Source: an uncultured Gemmatimonadales bacterium (GTDB lineage Bacteria; Gemmatimonadota; Gemmatimonadetes; JACCXV01; JAHWKZ01). From it: 57,477 bases of DNA. Position 1 is the first letter of the stretch. Each line of letters begins with the position of its first letter. A model generated the notes under the pieces. It did not search any database and was not told the origin of the DNA. It worked only from the letters and a program-made list of their open reading frames with translations. The position numbers were made by a program, and so were the translations under genes. The DNA lies in NCBI GenBank assembly GCA_947259315.1, contig CAMYLR010000026.1, positions 1 to 57,477 of the forward strand. The letters run 5' to 3'. Shown here in pieces: positions 22,220-33,319 of this stretch.

Positions 22220-23533
22220 ATGGCCTTGGCCGCGGACCGCCTCGAGACCCTGCTCCCGGACCACAAACCGGCGTTGACCACCGCTCAGGCGAGGGCTGAA
22301 GCCGGACGCTGTCTCTTCTGCCATGATGCTCCTTGCATCGCGGCTTGTCCGACCGGAATCGACATCCCGCTGTTCATTAAACAGATCCATTCCAACAACG
22401 TCCTCGGCGCCGCACGAACGATCCTCGAGGCGAATGCGCTTGGGCACTCATGCGCGCGCGTGTGCCCGGTCGAAGTCCTGTGCGTGGGGGATTGCGTCTA
22501 CAATGTTAAAGGCGAGCCACCGATCATGATCGGCCGGCTTCAACGGTATGCCACGGATCCGGCCGTGCACGGTGGCATTCAGTTCTTTGAGGCCGGTTCG
22601 TCCACCGGTCGGTCGGTGGCGTGCGTCGGCGGGGGACCGGCATCGATCGCTTGTGCGCACGAGCTCGTCCGCATGGGGCACCGAGCGGTTGTATACGAGC
22701 GCAATCCGTGGCGCGGCGGGCTCAATACGGACGGCGTGGCGCCCTACAAGATGCAGGCGGAGGAAAGTCTGAAGGAGGTCGAGTACCTCTCGGCGATCGG
22801 GATCGAGTGGCGCTTGGATACGGCGGTCGGAGATGACGTGACGTGGGATGATCTCGAAGCCGAGTACGATGCGGTGTTTCTCGGCTTGGGTCTTGGTACC
22901 GACTCCGGGCTTGGCATCCCAGGTGAAGACCTTCCCGGGGTATGGGGCGCCACCCGCCTCATTCGGGCGATCAAGACCGGCGCCGGCTCGTTGCCCGATC
23001 CGGCGAGCCTGGGAGCGGCGGTAGTGGTCGGTGGCGGCAACACCGCCATCGATGCGGCTCGTGAGTTGTCATTGCTCGGTGTACCCGAGGTCATGGTCGC
23101 CTATCGCCGCGACCAGGATGCGATGCCGGCTTACTTGCACGAGCGCGGACACGCGGTCGAGGAGGGTGTGCGATTCGTCTTCCGGACACTGCCGCTGAGC
23201 TTCGAAGGCGATCGACGTGTCGAAGCGGTACGCCTGACGGCTCTCGATCACGACCTGGAGCCCACAGGCGAGCCCTACACCGTACCGGCGGACATAGTCG
23301 CCCTGGCGATCGGCCAGGCCCGTTTGATCGACTTGCTGGATCAGGTTGACAAACTCGACCACGACTGGGGCCGGGTGATCGTAGATCCCGATACTGGCCA
23401 GACGTCGAACCCCAAGTACTGGGCTGGTGGCGATCTCGCCAACGGTGGAGAAGAGGTCGTAAACGCGGCCGCTGAGGGGAAGCGCGCCGCATACGGGATC
23501 GATGGTTGGCTGCGGGAGAACGGAGGCAGATGA
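22220..23533 (+). CDS. preT: Dihydropyrimidine dehydrogenase, FAD/NAD(P)H subunit
   Basis: EAGRCLFCHDAPC..ACP, CARVCP..LC, GGGPA, GGGNTAID; adjacent to preA. Confidence 0.92.
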   Translation: MALAADRLETLLPDHKPALTTAQARAEAGRCLFCHDAPCIAACPTGIDIPLFIKQIHSNNVLGAARTILEANALGHSCARVCPVEVLCVGDCVYNVKGEPPIMIGRLQRYATDPAVHGGIQFFEAGSSTGRSVACVGGGPASIACAHELVRMGHRAVVYERNPWRGGLNTDGVAPYKMQAEESLKEVEYLSAIGIEWRLDTAVGDDVTWDDLEAEYDAVFLGLGLGTDSGLGIPGEDLPGVWGATRLIRAIKTGAGSLPDPASLGAAVVVGGGNTAIDAARELSLLGVPEVMVAYRRDQDAMPAYLHERGHAVEEGVRFVFRTLPLSFEGDRRVEAVRLTALDHDLEPTGEPYTVPADIVALAIGQARLIDLLDQVDKLDHDWGRVIVDPDTGQTSNPKYWAGGDLANGGEEVVNAAAEGKRAAYGIDGWLRENGGR

Positions 23534-24825
23534 TGATTCAGAGGAATGGCCGCACTGGCGAGCCGATCGATCTATCGATCGATTGCGCCGGGATCCGCTC
23601 GCCTAACCCGTTCTGGCTCGCCAGCGGACCACCGGCCAACAGTTCGGGGCAAGTAATGAGGGCGTTCGACATGGGTTGGGGCGGTGCGGTCTGGAAGACG
23701 CTCGGGGATCCGATCACGAACACGGCGTCTCGGTACGGCGCGATCCCGTACCAGGGTCGAAACGTGGCGGGATTGAACAATATCGAGCTGATTACTGATC
23801 GCCCGCTCGAGGTGAATCTCAAAGAGATCGCAGAGGTCAAGAAGAAGTACCCGAATCACGCGGTCGTCGTATCGCTGATGGTGGAAACCAAAGACGAGTG
23901 GCGAGACATCATTAAGCGCTGCGAGGACACCGGGTGTGACGGATTTGAGCTCAACTTTGGTTGCCCCCACGGGATGTGTGAGCGCGGCATGGGTTCGGCC
24001 GTGGGGCAGGAGCCCAAAGTGCTCGAGGAGATCGCCGGTTGGGTGATGGAATTCGCGTCGATTCCGGTGCTGGTAAAGCTGACGCCTAACATCACCGATG
24101 TCCTGTACCCGGCCATGGCCGCGCAGCGAGGCGGTGTCGACGGTGTCTCGCTCGTCAACACGTTCAAGAGCGTTATCGGGATCGACCACGACACGCTTAG
24201 CCCGATCCCGTCCGTCGGCGGAGAGGGAACGTCGGGTGGCTATTGCGGTCCGGCCATCAAGCCAATCGCTCTCCATATGGTAACGCGACTCGGAAAGGCG
24301 CCCGAGTTCCATCTGCCGATCTCGGGGGTCGGAGGCGTTCAGTCTTGGGAGGACGCACTCGACTTCCTGCTTCTTGGCGCGTCATCGATCCAGGTCTGCA
24401 CCGCGGCGATGCACTACGGCTTCAAGATTGTCGACGATATGATCTTGGGGCTCGAAGAGTGGATGCGCGAGAAGGGGTATTCGAGGATCGACGAGTTCGT
24501 CGGTAAGGCACTCCCGAACTACAAGGAGTGGGGCGACCTTAACCTGAACTTCAAGATCGTCGCGGAGATCGATCCCGGGACGTGCATCGAGTGCCAGCTG
24601 TGTTACGCGGCATGCGAGGACGGCGCCCATCAGTGCATCGAGCTGCCGAAGGGAACGCGTGTGCCACGAGTGATCGAAGAAGAGTGCGTCGGGTGCAACC
24701 TGTGTCAGATCGTTTGCCCCGTTGAAGGGTGTATCACGATGGTAGAGCGAGATACGGGTCTGCCGCGCGAGTCTTGGAACGAAAGGGTCGCGAAGGGGAC
24801 CGCCGGCGCGGGCTCTCTGCACTGA
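23530..24825 (+). CDS. preA: Dihydropyrimidine dehydrogenase, FMN subunit
   Basis: NPFWLAS, LNNIELI, ELNFGCPHGM, KLTPN, two C-terminal 4Fe-4S motifs. Confidence 0.95.
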   Translation: MMIQRNGRTGEPIDLSIDCAGIRSPNPFWLASGPPANSSGQVMRAFDMGWGGAVWKTLGDPITNTASRYGAIPYQGRNVAGLNNIELITDRPLEVNLKEIAEVKKKYPNHAVVVSLMVETKDEWRDIIKRCEDTGCDGFELNFGCPHGMCERGMGSAVGQEPKVLEEIAGWVMEFASIPVLVKLTPNITDVLYPAMAAQRGGVDGVSLVNTFKSVIGIDHDTLSPIPSVGGEGTSGGYCGPAIKPIALHMVTRLGKAPEFHLPISGVGGVQSWEDALDFLLLGASSIQVCTAAMHYGFKIVDDMILGLEEWMREKGYSRIDEFVGKALPNYKEWGDLNLNFKIVAEIDPGTCIECQLCYAACEDGAHQCIELPKGTRVPRVIEEECVGCNLCQIVCPVEGCITMVERDTGLPRESWNERVAKGTAGAGSLH

Positions 24826-25280
24826 CGGCGTCGTACCGCCACACACAAGTGGGTTGGGTGATCATCGGCGCGCTGGGTGGCGCCTTGATCCTAGCCTTGT
24901 GGTGGCTGGTCGCGACCAGAGAACAGTGGGTGCCAGGCGTCGTTTTCGTCGTGCCCGCAATGGTTGCGGCCATCCTTCTCCTCTCACTGTTCATTTTTCG
25001 AGTTATGACGATCGAGGTTGACTCGACCGAGCTTCGCTGGTGGTTCGGCGGGCGACTCTGGACGCACAGCGTTGCGATTGACGAGATCGAAGCGGTTGCG
25101 AGCGTTCAAACCCGGTTTTGGCACGGCTGGGGAATCCATCGGGTCAGCGGTGGTTGGCTTTACAACGTCTCGGGACGATCAGCAGTGGAGCTGCGTCTGC
25201 GCGGTGGCAAACTCTTGCGGTTGGGAACGGACGAGCCGGAACGGCTACTTAACGCAATACGGTTGGTCGCGCCGATCTGA
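24822..25280 (+). CDS. Hypothetical membrane protein, two TM helices plus PH-like domain (start uncertain)
   Basis: YRHTQVGW, two TM segments, GWGIH..WLYNVSG..LGTDEP. Confidence 0.65.
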   Translation: MTASYRHTQVGWVIIGALGGALILALWWLVATREQWVPGVVFVVPAMVAAILLLSLFIFRVMTIEVDSTELRWWFGGRLWTHSVAIDEIEAVASVQTRFWHGWGIHRVSGGWLYNVSGRSAVELRLRGGKLLRLGTDEPERLLNAIRLVAPI

Positions 25281-25289
25281 GACGCGCTA

Positions 25290-26312
25290 CTACGGGGTGA
25301 CCACCCAGCGAATCCCCTCGCCTTTGCGCATGCGATCAAAGCCGTCGTTGATCTCTGACAGCGGAACTGTACCGCTCACGATCGGATCGAGTTTTAGCCG
25401 CCCCGCGCGCACGAGATCGATGATCTCTGGGTAAAGACTGCCCCCGCAGCCCAGGCTACCGACGACCTCCAGCTCGTAAAACATGATCTTGGCCGCCGAG
25501 AGCGGGACGTCTTTGTGCGAGAAACCGATTACGCAAAGTCGACCGCCCCGACGCAGGAGATCAAAACCGAGCCGCATGGTGTCGGGTGTTCCGATCGCTT
25601 CAAAGGCGACATCGACTCCGCCGCCGGTCGCCTTCTTCACGTGTTTGTCGACGCGTTCCACACGATCGGGGTTGATCGTTTCCGCAGCGCCAAGAGTGCG
25701 CGCCAGTTCGAGTCGCTCATCGCTCAGGTCCACGGCGATCACATGCCCGCCAGCGAGCACCGCACACTGGACGACGTTCAGCCCGACGCCGCCGCAGCCG
25801 ACGACGGCTACCGTGTCACCGGGCCGCACCCGGCCACGATCCTTGACCGCATGATACGGTGTCGACACCGCATCCGCGATCACGCAAACGTGCTCCAACG
25901 AAAGCTCGTCAGGAACGGCGACGAGGTCGCTCGCCGGCAGCGCGATTCGCTCGGCGTACGCACCGTCGATGTGATTCCCCAGCATGACCATGCGGTCGCA
26001 GAGGCTTTCTCGTCCCTGACGACAGTACGAACACCGCCCACATGACAAGACCGCTGGGATCAAGACCCGGTCTCCGACCGCGAATTCAGTGACGTCTTCG
26101 CCTACGCCTGCAATCGTGCCGGCCGGTTCGTGGCCGAGAATGATCGGCGGCGACTTGAACGTTTTGACACCGTGATCGAGGTAATGGAGATCGGTGTGGC
26201 ACATGCCACAGCCAGCGACATCGACCAGCACCTCGCCCGAACCCGGTGATGGGTCGGGCACCTCGGTGATCTCGAGCGGCTGACCCGCTTTGTGGAAGAC
26301 GGCTGCCTTCAC
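25290..26312 (-). CDS. had: 6-hydroxycyclohex-1-ene-1-carbonyl-CoA dehydrogenase (zinc MDR family)
   Basis: GCGMCHTDLHY, GHE, CxxCxxC, VIADAVSTPY; last gene of the bcr operon. Confidence 0.85.
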   Translation of the reverse strand: MKAAVFHKAGQPLEITEVPDPSPGSGEVLVDVAGCGMCHTDLHYLDHGVKTFKSPPIILGHEPAGTIAGVGEDVTEFAVGDRVLIPAVLSCGRCSYCRQGRESLCDRMVMLGNHIDGAYAERIALPASDLVAVPDELSLEHVCVIADAVSTPYHAVKDRGRVRPGDTVAVVGCGGVGLNVVQCAVLAGGHVIAVDLSDERLELARTLGAAETINPDRVERVDKHVKKATGGGVDVAFEAIGTPDTMRLGFDLLRRGGRLCVIGFSHKDVPLSAAKIMFYELEVVGSLGCGGSLYPEIIDLVRAGRLKLDPIVSGTVPLSEINDGFDRMRKGEGIRWVVTP

Positions 26313-26317
26313 TTAGA

Positions 26318-26653
26318 TCACGGCTCCTTTCGGCGCTTGTCGCGCGTGTAGATCGTCACGAACTGACTCTCGGCAACGACCGCACAACCCTGGCAGTCGT
26401 CGAGCAGCTCTTCTGGCCTCACCGGGTCGGCACATACCTCGTACCCGAGCTCGCGGTAGAGCTCCAGCATTTCTTTGCTCCGAGCAGCATCGGTGATGAA
26501 TCGCCGCTCCCAGCCGGCGGCGATACGCTCCGGATCGGGCTCCAACTGAGCCTCGGACAGCATTCGGCGGGCCTCTCGTTCTACCAGCATCGATAGAGGC
26601 TTGATCGCGTCTTGCTGCTTGCCGGTAGTGCGGTCGGGGTTTGGATCGGACAT
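26318..26653 (-). CDS. Small hypothetical CxxC protein in the bcr operon
   Basis: 111 aa, GWERRF..ELYRELGYEV..CQGC..TIYTR; tightly spaced between bcrD and had. Confidence 0.75.
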   Translation of the reverse strand: MSDPNPDRTTGKQQDAIKPLSMLVEREARRMLSEAQLEPDPERIAAGWERRFITDAARSKEMLELYRELGYEVCADPVRPEELLDDCQGCAVVAESQFVTIYTRDKRRKEP

Positions 26654-26664
26654 CGTTGGTGCCT

Positions 26665-27498
26665 CTAGCTACCGGTCGCCTGGTACTCAGTCCCAGCGCC
26701 GGACGCGGCGAGTTTCTTGAGCCGCCGTTGGCCGAGCAACGCCGCGCCAAACGCGGATGTGAACTGCACGAGATCACCGGGCGGGACGTTCACGTCCGCG
26801 CCGAGCTTCTCGCTGATGACGTCGACCATGCGCCGGAAACGCAGTATGCCTCCGATCAGTGTGAACTCGGGCTCCATACGCACCCGCTTCATGAGCTGGA
26901 GTGACCTGTCGACCAGTGAAACGACAGCACCGTGCATGATATCCGCCGGGTCCATCCCCTCGGACAAGTGATTGATGACCTCCGATTCGGCAAAAACCGC
27001 GCACACGCCGGAGATCGGTACCGGCGTCTTGGATGTCTCCACTAATGGACCGATCTCCTGCGTTTCGTAGCCCATGTAACGGGCGGTTTTCTCCAAGAAA
27101 GCACCGGTTCCGGCGGCGCACTTGTCGTTCAAGCGGAACGACTTGACCTTCGCGCCGTCGCTCAAACGCGTGGCCTTCATCGTCTGGCCGCCGACATCGA
27201 GGATCGTCTGGGTTTCTGGGAACAGGAACGAGGCGCCTCGCGCAGCGGCCGTCAGGTCGGTCACATGGACGTCGCTGATTTGGGCCTGATGGCGTCCGAA
27301 CCCGGTCGCGATCACGTACGAAACGTCGGCCTTCTCGAGCCCCGCCTGATCGATGCTCTTCTCGTAAGCTCGCTCGGCGATCTCGGTGAGCTTGAATCCG
27401 GTTGGTTCCATCACGCGACCGACGATCTCGTTTACATCGTTCAAGATGACAGCCTTGGTGTACGTCGATCCGATATCGATGCCCGCCGTGTAGATCAT
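26665..27498 (-). CDS. bcrD: Benzoyl-CoA reductase ATP-binding subunit, BcrD-like
   Basis: [31 protein letters not shown]; fourth gene of C-B-A-D order. Confidence 0.8.
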   Translation of the reverse strand: MIYTAGIDIGSTYTKAVILNDVNEIVGRVMEPTGFKLTEIAERAYEKSIDQAGLEKADVSYVIATGFGRHQAQISDVHVTDLTAAARGASFLFPETQTILDVGGQTMKATRLSDGAKVKSFRLNDKCAAGTGAFLEKTARYMGYETQEIGPLVETSKTPVPISGVCAVFAESEVINHLSEGMDPADIMHGAVVSLVDRSLQLMKRVRMEPEFTLIGGILRFRRMVDVISEKLGADVNVPPGDLVQFTSAFGAALLGQRRLKKLAASGAGTEYQATGS

Positions 27499-28313
27499 GA
27501 CGTGTGCTCCATCGAGCTCGCAGGTGCTCGACTAGCCAAGATGTGATCGAGCGCGAAAAGCGCGGCCCCCATAGCTCCCATGAAATGCGACTCTTCGCTC
27601 ACGTTCACCGCGACACCCAACCTTTCGTTGAGCGTCTCGATCATCGCCACGTTGCGCGCCACCCCACCGGTAAATGTCACTTCGCTCTCGACCCCGACCC
27701 GACGCAGCAAGCCAGCCGAGCGCGCTCCGATCGACTCATGTACGCCTAGCAAGATGTCCTCGATCTTCTTGCCCTTTCCAAGCCACGAGAGGATCTCGGA
27801 CTCGGCGAACACGGTACACGTGGTGCTGATCTTCACCGCGCGTTGTCCGCGCAGCGCGGTGGGGCCCAGCTCGTCAAGCGGGATGTCGAGCGCAGCCGAG
27901 GCGGCGCCCAGAAACCGTCCGGTGCCGGCGGCGCATTTGTCGTTCATGCAGAAGTCCAGGATCTCGCCGGTCTCAGAGACCCGGATCGCCTTGGTATCCT
28001 GTCCTCCCATGTCAACGACGGTGCGAGTGCCCGGGAACATGTGAACCGCACCCCGGCCGTGGCAGCTGATTTCAGTCACTTGTGTGTTTCCAAACGTCAC
28101 CTTGTAGCGACCGTACCCCGTGCCAACGATGAACCCCACTTCCTCCTCGAGAAGGTCTGCATCGCGGAGCGCTTCCTGAAACGCGGTTTCGGCTGCTCGT
28201 GTGACGTTGGCGCCGGTATCCATCAGCGAGCGGCCGACGATGCGCCCAGCCTCGTCTATGATCACAGCCTTCGTCTGCGTGGAACCGACGTCAACTCCTG
28301 CTGCGTATGCCAT
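27495..28313 (-). CDS. bcrA: Benzoyl-CoA reductase ATP-binding subunit, short BcrA-like
   Basis: [43 protein letters not shown]. Confidence 0.8.
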   Translation of the reverse strand: MAYAAGVDVGSTQTKAVIIDEAGRIVGRSLMDTGANVTRAAETAFQEALRDADLLEEEVGFIVGTGYGRYKVTFGNTQVTEISCHGRGAVHMFPGTRTVVDMGGQDTKAIRVSETGEILDFCMNDKCAAGTGRFLGAASAALDIPLDELGPTALRGQRAVKISTTCTVFAESEILSWLGKGKKIEDILLGVHESIGARSAGLLRRVGVESEVTFTGGVARNVAMIETLNERLGVAVNVSEESHFMGAMGAALFALDHILASRAPASSMEHTS

Positions 28314-28321
28314 CCAACCCT

Positions 28322-29641
28322 CTATTCTGGTTGAAGGGTTTCGCCCCGCTCGATGGACGCTCGCTTCTTGCGCGTCGCCAGGCCTTCAAAGAAGGCATCG
28401 ATCCGGTTCTTGAGCTGGGCCTCGGATACGACGCGTCGATCCATCATGTCCGATTCCAAAAACAGACTTGCCGTGTCCCGGCTTTCCATAAGCGCGCGCC
28501 GGTTGTCGGCCAGTCCCGTTGAGACCGTTCGGCAACTCTTGATCGGGTGGAATACGACCCCGTCTGCCTGGTAATCGTCGATCATCTCGCTCAGAACGAG
28601 GTCTTGGAAGAACATGCTGTCCATCGCGTTGCGGACGCTGATCAGCACCCCCTCCGCCAGACTGTCCAGTGGCCGCTCGAGGTCGTATTGGAAGCCGAGG
28701 TTCGAACCGCCGGACGCAAACCACAAATAGGTCGAATTGACGAACGTTCCACCCCACTCGGTGAACAGCTCGTTGAATCGCCGGAAGATCGGGTAACAAG
28801 GCACGCCCACAAACAGCAGTCGGTACTGTTCATCCGATAGCGTTCCGATTCCATTGGCGGCCTTGTACTCCATCTCCTCGGCCAGATCCGTGAAGTAGGT
28901 GGCGCCGGCCTCCGAACCGCGGAACCCGTTGGCGACACCGAGGTAGATCGTGCCTTCGGTGAGTGCGTTGAAAACGGCTGGGCAGGTCTGATTGAGCTCC
29001 AGGATGCGCTTCCACGATCGGTTCATCGTGTTGGCGTGACCCATCGTCTCGCGCAGTCGGTCGATGTCGAACGGGATTCCGGTCTGTTCCTCGCAGACGG
29101 TGATCAGCTCCTGGATCTGGTCGGCGACGTACCGGCGATCGTTCTCGAAGTCAGGGTCGCCCGGCCACGTCTGACCGCCGGCCGCCCGGGTGCCTGGGAT
29201 GTCCAGCGTGAAAACACGGGTGTCGTGCATTCGCTCCCAGATCTCGGCCCACTTGATGTAGGTGTTGCAGGCGTTGGTGCAAATCGCGATGGCAGGCTTG
29301 GGGATGCGTCCCATCGGATGTTCACCGCCGCGGAGTTGCACCGCGACGTCGGCTTTGACGTACCCGCAGATGTCGGGCGAGTAACCGTAGTCTTCGGCCT
29401 CGCTCAGGTACTCGTGGGCGACGCGCCGAACCGCTGTTTGAAGGGAGTTGATCTCGGGGAAGACGATCGGGAGATCAAACACTCTAAGCAGCTCCGTCAG
29501 GCTACCCATCACGAAGACATAAGCGGCGCCGGCGTCGTTCTCTGCAACCTGTCCCAGCTCTTCGAACCACTGGCGAAAGAGTTGCGCGCCATCTTGATTG
29601 CCGCGTCCTACGAGCGAGGTGTCGGTGGCCATCTGGGACAT
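28322..29641 (-). CDS. bcrB: Benzoyl-CoA reductase subunit B
   Basis: [36 protein letters not shown]; 2-hydroxyacyl-CoA dehydratase fold. Confidence 0.85.
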   Translation of the reverse strand: MSQMATDTSLVGRGNQDGAQLFRQWFEELGQVAENDAGAAYVFVMGSLTELLRVFDLPIVFPEINSLQTAVRRVAHEYLSEAEDYGYSPDICGYVKADVAVQLRGGEHPMGRIPKPAIAICTNACNTYIKWAEIWERMHDTRVFTLDIPGTRAAGGQTWPGDPDFENDRRYVADQIQELITVCEEQTGIPFDIDRLRETMGHANTMNRSWKRILELNQTCPAVFNALTEGTIYLGVANGFRGSEAGATYFTDLAEEMEYKAANGIGTLSDEQYRLLFVGVPCYPIFRRFNELFTEWGGTFVNSTYLWFASGGSNLGFQYDLERPLDSLAEGVLISVRNAMDSMFFQDLVLSEMIDDYQADGVVFHPIKSCRTVSTGLADNRRALMESRDTASLFLESDMMDRRVVSEAQLKNRIDAFFEGLATRKKRASIERGETLQPE

Positions 29642-29653
29642 GATGATCCTCGG

Positions 29654-30835
29654 TTAGTCGAAGAGGAGGTTCTCTAGAAAGGTCTCGAGTTGGATCTCCA
29701 GGCTGTCAAAACTCGTCATGCTCTCCTCGAACTCGCTTACGAAGTACGGAATGTTCTCCTGATCCAGTGTCCGTATGTATGCGACCTGCTCCTCGAGGCC
29801 GGGTTCGCACATCTTGGCGGCCAGCACGATCGCCGCCTCGGCCTTCGCATCCTTGATGCGTCGCAACAACATCTTTTCCTTGGGTTTTCGCAGGTCATGC
29901 TGAACCGGGCTGTGGGAAGATTTCTCGATGTAGCAATCGGCCAGGCTCAACAGCGGATTGCCGTTCACAGGGACATCTTCGGTTAGCCACCGCAGGCCGA
30001 TTAGCAGATCATCGTCAACGACGTAGCATGATCTGCTGATCGTGCGGACCAGATCGATCGGTAGCTGTTCGCAGAATCCACCCTCTACGACGACCCGGAT
30101 GCGATCTCGGGGCTGGGCTTCGCGCTCCTCGATGAGCGGCAGCAATTTGTGTAGCAACGCATTGTGTTCTTCTCGCGGCAAGAGCCCACCCAGCGCGACG
30201 AGGACATAGGCTTCGTCTGCGGACAATAACCATGGCCGTTCGCGCTTCACCGCGTACAACGCCCGCAACAGCGCTCTGTTCTCGTTGAACACTTCGATCG
30301 AACGACACAGATCGTCGTCGGTGATCTCTCTGCCAGCGATGGCTTCGATCTCTCGCATGAGCCGGTCGTATTCCGCGCGCAGGTAGTCGACAGCATGGTT
30401 TGAATTGGCGTTCTGAGGGAGATAGAGAATCTGGCACGGGTACTCGAAGTTGCGGCCCCAGATCCCAGCCAGATTTCTGGCTGCGTCACAGATCGGATGG
30501 GTGACGAACATGTCGAGCTCGATGCGTTGACTCAGCGCCAACTCGAGCGAGGTTTTGATGATCGAGCACAAGTAGGAGCCAAACCGCGAGTCCGCCTGCG
30601 TCGGCTCGACCGGCGCGCCTCGCACCTTGAAGGGCAGCATTCCGGCGGCGTGGGCGATCTCCTCTGGGAAGTAAACCTGAAAGTGACCGATCACTTTTCC
30701 ACCGTTGTCACGCCACTTGTGCACGGTCGGAAAATCGGTGTCCTCGAGTAACTCCTCGCACGATCGCAGAATCTCTTCTAGAGGTTTGTCGTTCCAGTTC
30801 GGGAGCACCTTTGGCAGCACTTGTGAGCTCGTCAT
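29654..30835 (-). CDS. bcrC: Benzoyl-CoA reductase subunit C
   Basis: [39 protein letters not shown]; ATGA overlap with dch. Confidence 0.85.
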   Translation of the reverse strand: MTSSQVLPKVLPNWNDKPLEEILRSCEELLEDTDFPTVHKWRDNGGKVIGHFQVYFPEEIAHAAGMLPFKVRGAPVEPTQADSRFGSYLCSIIKTSLELALSQRIELDMFVTHPICDAARNLAGIWGRNFEYPCQILYLPQNANSNHAVDYLRAEYDRLMREIEAIAGREITDDDLCRSIEVFNENRALLRALYAVKRERPWLLSADEAYVLVALGGLLPREEHNALLHKLLPLIEEREAQPRDRIRVVVEGGFCEQLPIDLVRTISRSCYVVDDDLLIGLRWLTEDVPVNGNPLLSLADCYIEKSSHSPVQHDLRKPKEKMLLRRIKDAKAEAAIVLAAKMCEPGLEEQVAYIRTLDQENIPYFVSEFEESMTSFDSLEIQLETFLENLLFD

Positions 30836-31596
30836 CGGTGGCTCCACGTGGGCTGGCGCTTCTCTTGAAACGCGCGCAGGCCTTCGATCGCGTCGGCTGT
30901 ATTCATGAGCTCCTCGACGTAGATAGCTCCCACGTCGCGGAACGCCGCCGCGCGGCGCTGCGTGCTGCCGTTCCGAAGGGCGCGCTTGGTGATCTCGAGT
31001 GCGGCTCGACTGTGTTGCGCGATCCGCTGCGCGGTGGCTGTGGCTTCATCCTCGAGCTCGCTGGGGGGCACGATCTTTCGGATTAGACCGTGCTCCAGGG
31101 CCTCGACCGCTTCGATCACGGCTCCCGACAGCACCAGGTCCGCGGCCAACCCGGAGTCGCAACGCTCGGGCAGCAGGACACACGCCGCTGGCGGGAAGAC
31201 GCCGAGCACGATTTCCGGTTGTCCGAACGACGCGTCCTCGGCGGCGATGACGATGTCGGCTGCTTGCACGACCTCGAAGCCCCCGCCTAGGCACTTGCCC
31301 TGAACCGCGGCCACGGTCGGGAGCGGGAACCCGTCGATGGCGGCGACCGTTTCGAGAAACTCGGGAATCATCTGGCGATAGAGCGGCGGTAAGTGCTCGC
31401 CAACGTCCGCACCGGCAGAGAAGTGCTTGCCGTGAGCTGACACGAGCAGCACCCGTACCGCCGAATTCGCTTCGAAGTCTCTAATTGCTGCGCGCACTTC
31501 GGCGAGCATGTCCTGAGTCAAGATGTTGAGCGGCGGATGGTTCAAGACGAGCCGGCCAAGACCGCCGTTGACACGGGTCTCGATGGTGGCAGCCAT
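30832..31596 (-). CDS. dch: Cyclohexa-1,5-diene-1-carbonyl-CoA hydratase
   Basis: Crotonase motifs [35 protein letters not shown]. Confidence 0.88.
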   Translation of the reverse strand: MAATIETRVNGGLGRLVLNHPPLNILTQDMLAEVRAAIRDFEANSAVRVLLVSAHGKHFSAGADVGEHLPPLYRQMIPEFLETVAAIDGFPLPTVAAVQGKCLGGGFEVVQAADIVIAAEDASFGQPEIVLGVFPPAACVLLPERCDSGLAADLVLSGAVIEAVEALEHGLIRKIVPPSELEDEATATAQRIAQHSRAALEITKRALRNGSTQRRAAAFRDVGAIYVEELMNTADAIEGLRAFQEKRQPTWSHR

Positions 31597-32678
31597 CACG
31601 CGGGTGCTCCGGTCTTTGAGAGCGCATTCCCGCAGACACCGCAGAACTCGTGCTCCGACGGGAGGTCCTTCGAGCCGCAAGCGTCGCACGTCCCGAGCGG
31701 CGGTCCCCACAGAGTCTCCGACGGACGGCCCTCGGCCGCCCGGCTGCGCAGGAGGTCGTAGCGAGAATCGCGCTTCTCGACAAAAGCGCGCATCCCCTCC
31801 AACGGCTCCCATGAGGCGTAGTGCAGCGCCAACCAATCCTGGGCGTGGCGGACGGTCGAGTGCCACGCGAGGTCCTTCCAGAAGTTGACCTGTTGTTTCG
31901 TATAGCGAGTGCACTCGGGGAACGACGCGAGGAGCTTCTTGGCTATCTCGTCTACGAAAGCGTCGAGTTTGCTCAGGTCGATCGCGTACCCGTCCTCGCC
32001 GCGTTGAGCTTTCTTGATTTCGCCCGGGCCCGCCTCGTCGATCCACTCGTCACCATGGCGCACGGACGGCACGACCCAGTTGACGAGACCCCAGTCACGC
32101 GCTTTCAAGGCTGGGATCGGTTCGTTCAGCATCAAGATCTCACGCGCGCGCTTATCACCGACCGTCAGCGGCAACCACTGCGTGGAACCCCCGCACGCCA
32201 CCGAGCCGACGTGCGTGCCTACTTGCTTGATAAACGTGTGTTGAGCCATGACCGTCAGGTCGCACGCGAGTTGACTCTCGTTGCCGCCACCGACGGCCAT
32301 CCCGTTGAGCCTCGCCACAACCGGCTTGCCGGTGTTGAGGATGCTCTCGATGTAGGCTCGGAAAAGCGCCATGTACTTCCAGTAGTCACGCGGCGTCGCG
32401 ATGTAGCTGGCGGCGTACTCCTTGACGTCGCCACCGGTGCAGAAAGCGCGATCGCCGGCGCCGGTATAGACGATGACGCCGACGCGATCATCGAAGCTGG
32501 CGTCCCGAAAGGCGGTCGCGATTTCCTCGAGCGTCAGCGTCGAGTACGCGTTGTAGTTCTTGGGCCGGTTTATCGTGATGCGCGCGATTCCGTCGTGTTT
32601 GCTGTACTCGGTTTCCTCGAAAGCGAACGAGTCGCTCTCGCGGGGCGAGAAGTGTCGTTTTACTTCTGTGGCTTGCAT
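31596..32678 (-). CDS. oah: 6-oxocyclohex-1-ene-1-carbonyl-CoA hydrolase with C-terminal zinc ribbon
   Basis: YNAYST, AFCTGGDVKEYA, NGMAVGGGNE, FPECTRYTK. Confidence 0.88.
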   Translation of the reverse strand: MQATEVKRHFSPRESDSFAFEETEYSKHDGIARITINRPKNYNAYSTLTLEEIATAFRDASFDDRVGVIVYTGAGDRAFCTGGDVKEYAASYIATPRDYWKYMALFRAYIESILNTGKPVVARLNGMAVGGGNESQLACDLTVMAQHTFIKQVGTHVGSVACGGSTQWLPLTVGDKRAREILMLNEPIPALKARDWGLVNWVVPSVRHGDEWIDEAGPGEIKKAQRGEDGYAIDLSKLDAFVDEIAKKLLASFPECTRYTKQQVNFWKDLAWHSTVRHAQDWLALHYASWEPLEGMRAFVEKRDSRYDLLRSRAAEGRPSETLWGPPLGTCDACGSKDLPSEHEFCGVCGNALSKTGAPA

Positions 32679-33319
32679 GTGAGGCCTCCCACCAGCAGGT
32701 CCGCGAACTCAGCTCCAAGCTCGGGCGTATGAACCCGGCCCTCCGGCCGGTACCAACGAGCGATCCAGTTGATCGCTCCGAGGATCCCGAACACGGCGAT
32801 TTTGGAGTTGACGACGCGGAACTCCCCGCTCTTGATGCCTTCGTTAATGATTCTGCGAATTCGTCGCTCGTACCGGTCACGAGCGGCGATGATCTTCTTC
32901 TGTCGCTCGGATGAAAGTGCGGTCACCTCGAACGCCAGCGGGGACGCCTCGAGGGTCTCGGTCATGACGCGAACGTGCTCGCGGATGATGTAGGCGAGTC
33001 GGTCGGCCGCGGTCGCATATCGCTGCCGCGCCTCTTTCGAAAAGCGCTCGACCTCGGCCAGCGAGTCGAGATGGCATTGGTAGAGGATCGATTCCTTGTC
33101 AGGGAAGTAGTGGTAGAGCGCCGTCTTCTGAACCCCCAGATGGTTGGCGATGTCGTCTAGCGTGGTGGCGTGATAGCCCTCTTCGCGGAACGCTCGGAGT
33201 GCGGCGTGGAGAATCTCCGTTCGGCGGCGATGCCGCTTCTCTCGGATGCGGGGCGACGGCGTGGGTGCGGTGCCGGTCGTGGGCACGCTGCGACCTTCCT
33301 GTAAAATTCTACTAGACAT
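32660..33319 (-). CDS. TetR-family regulator heading the bcr operon
   Basis: GYHATTLDDIA..LYHYFPDKE HTH; NWIARWYRPEG KstR2-like C-domain. Confidence 0.92.
   Translation of the reverse strand: MSSRILQEGRSVPTTGTAPTPSPRIREKRHRRRTEILHAALRAFREEGYHATTLDDIANHLGVQKTALYHYFPDKESILYQCHLDSLAEVERFSKEARQRYATAADRLAYIIREHVRVMTETLEASPLAFEVTALSSERQKKIIAARDRYERRIRRIINEGIKSGEFRVVNSKIAVFGILGAINWIARWYRPEGRVHTPELGAEFADLLVGGLTCKPQK

Noticed and set aside
22220-23533. PreT as glutamate synthase small subunit or BzdV-like electron donor for BCR
   Set aside because: Directly coupled to a clear preA; no gltB; the donor role has no sequence support
31597-32046. 150-aa N-terminal extension of dch
   Set aside because: Overlaps oah in another frame; TGATG coupling gives the start at 31596
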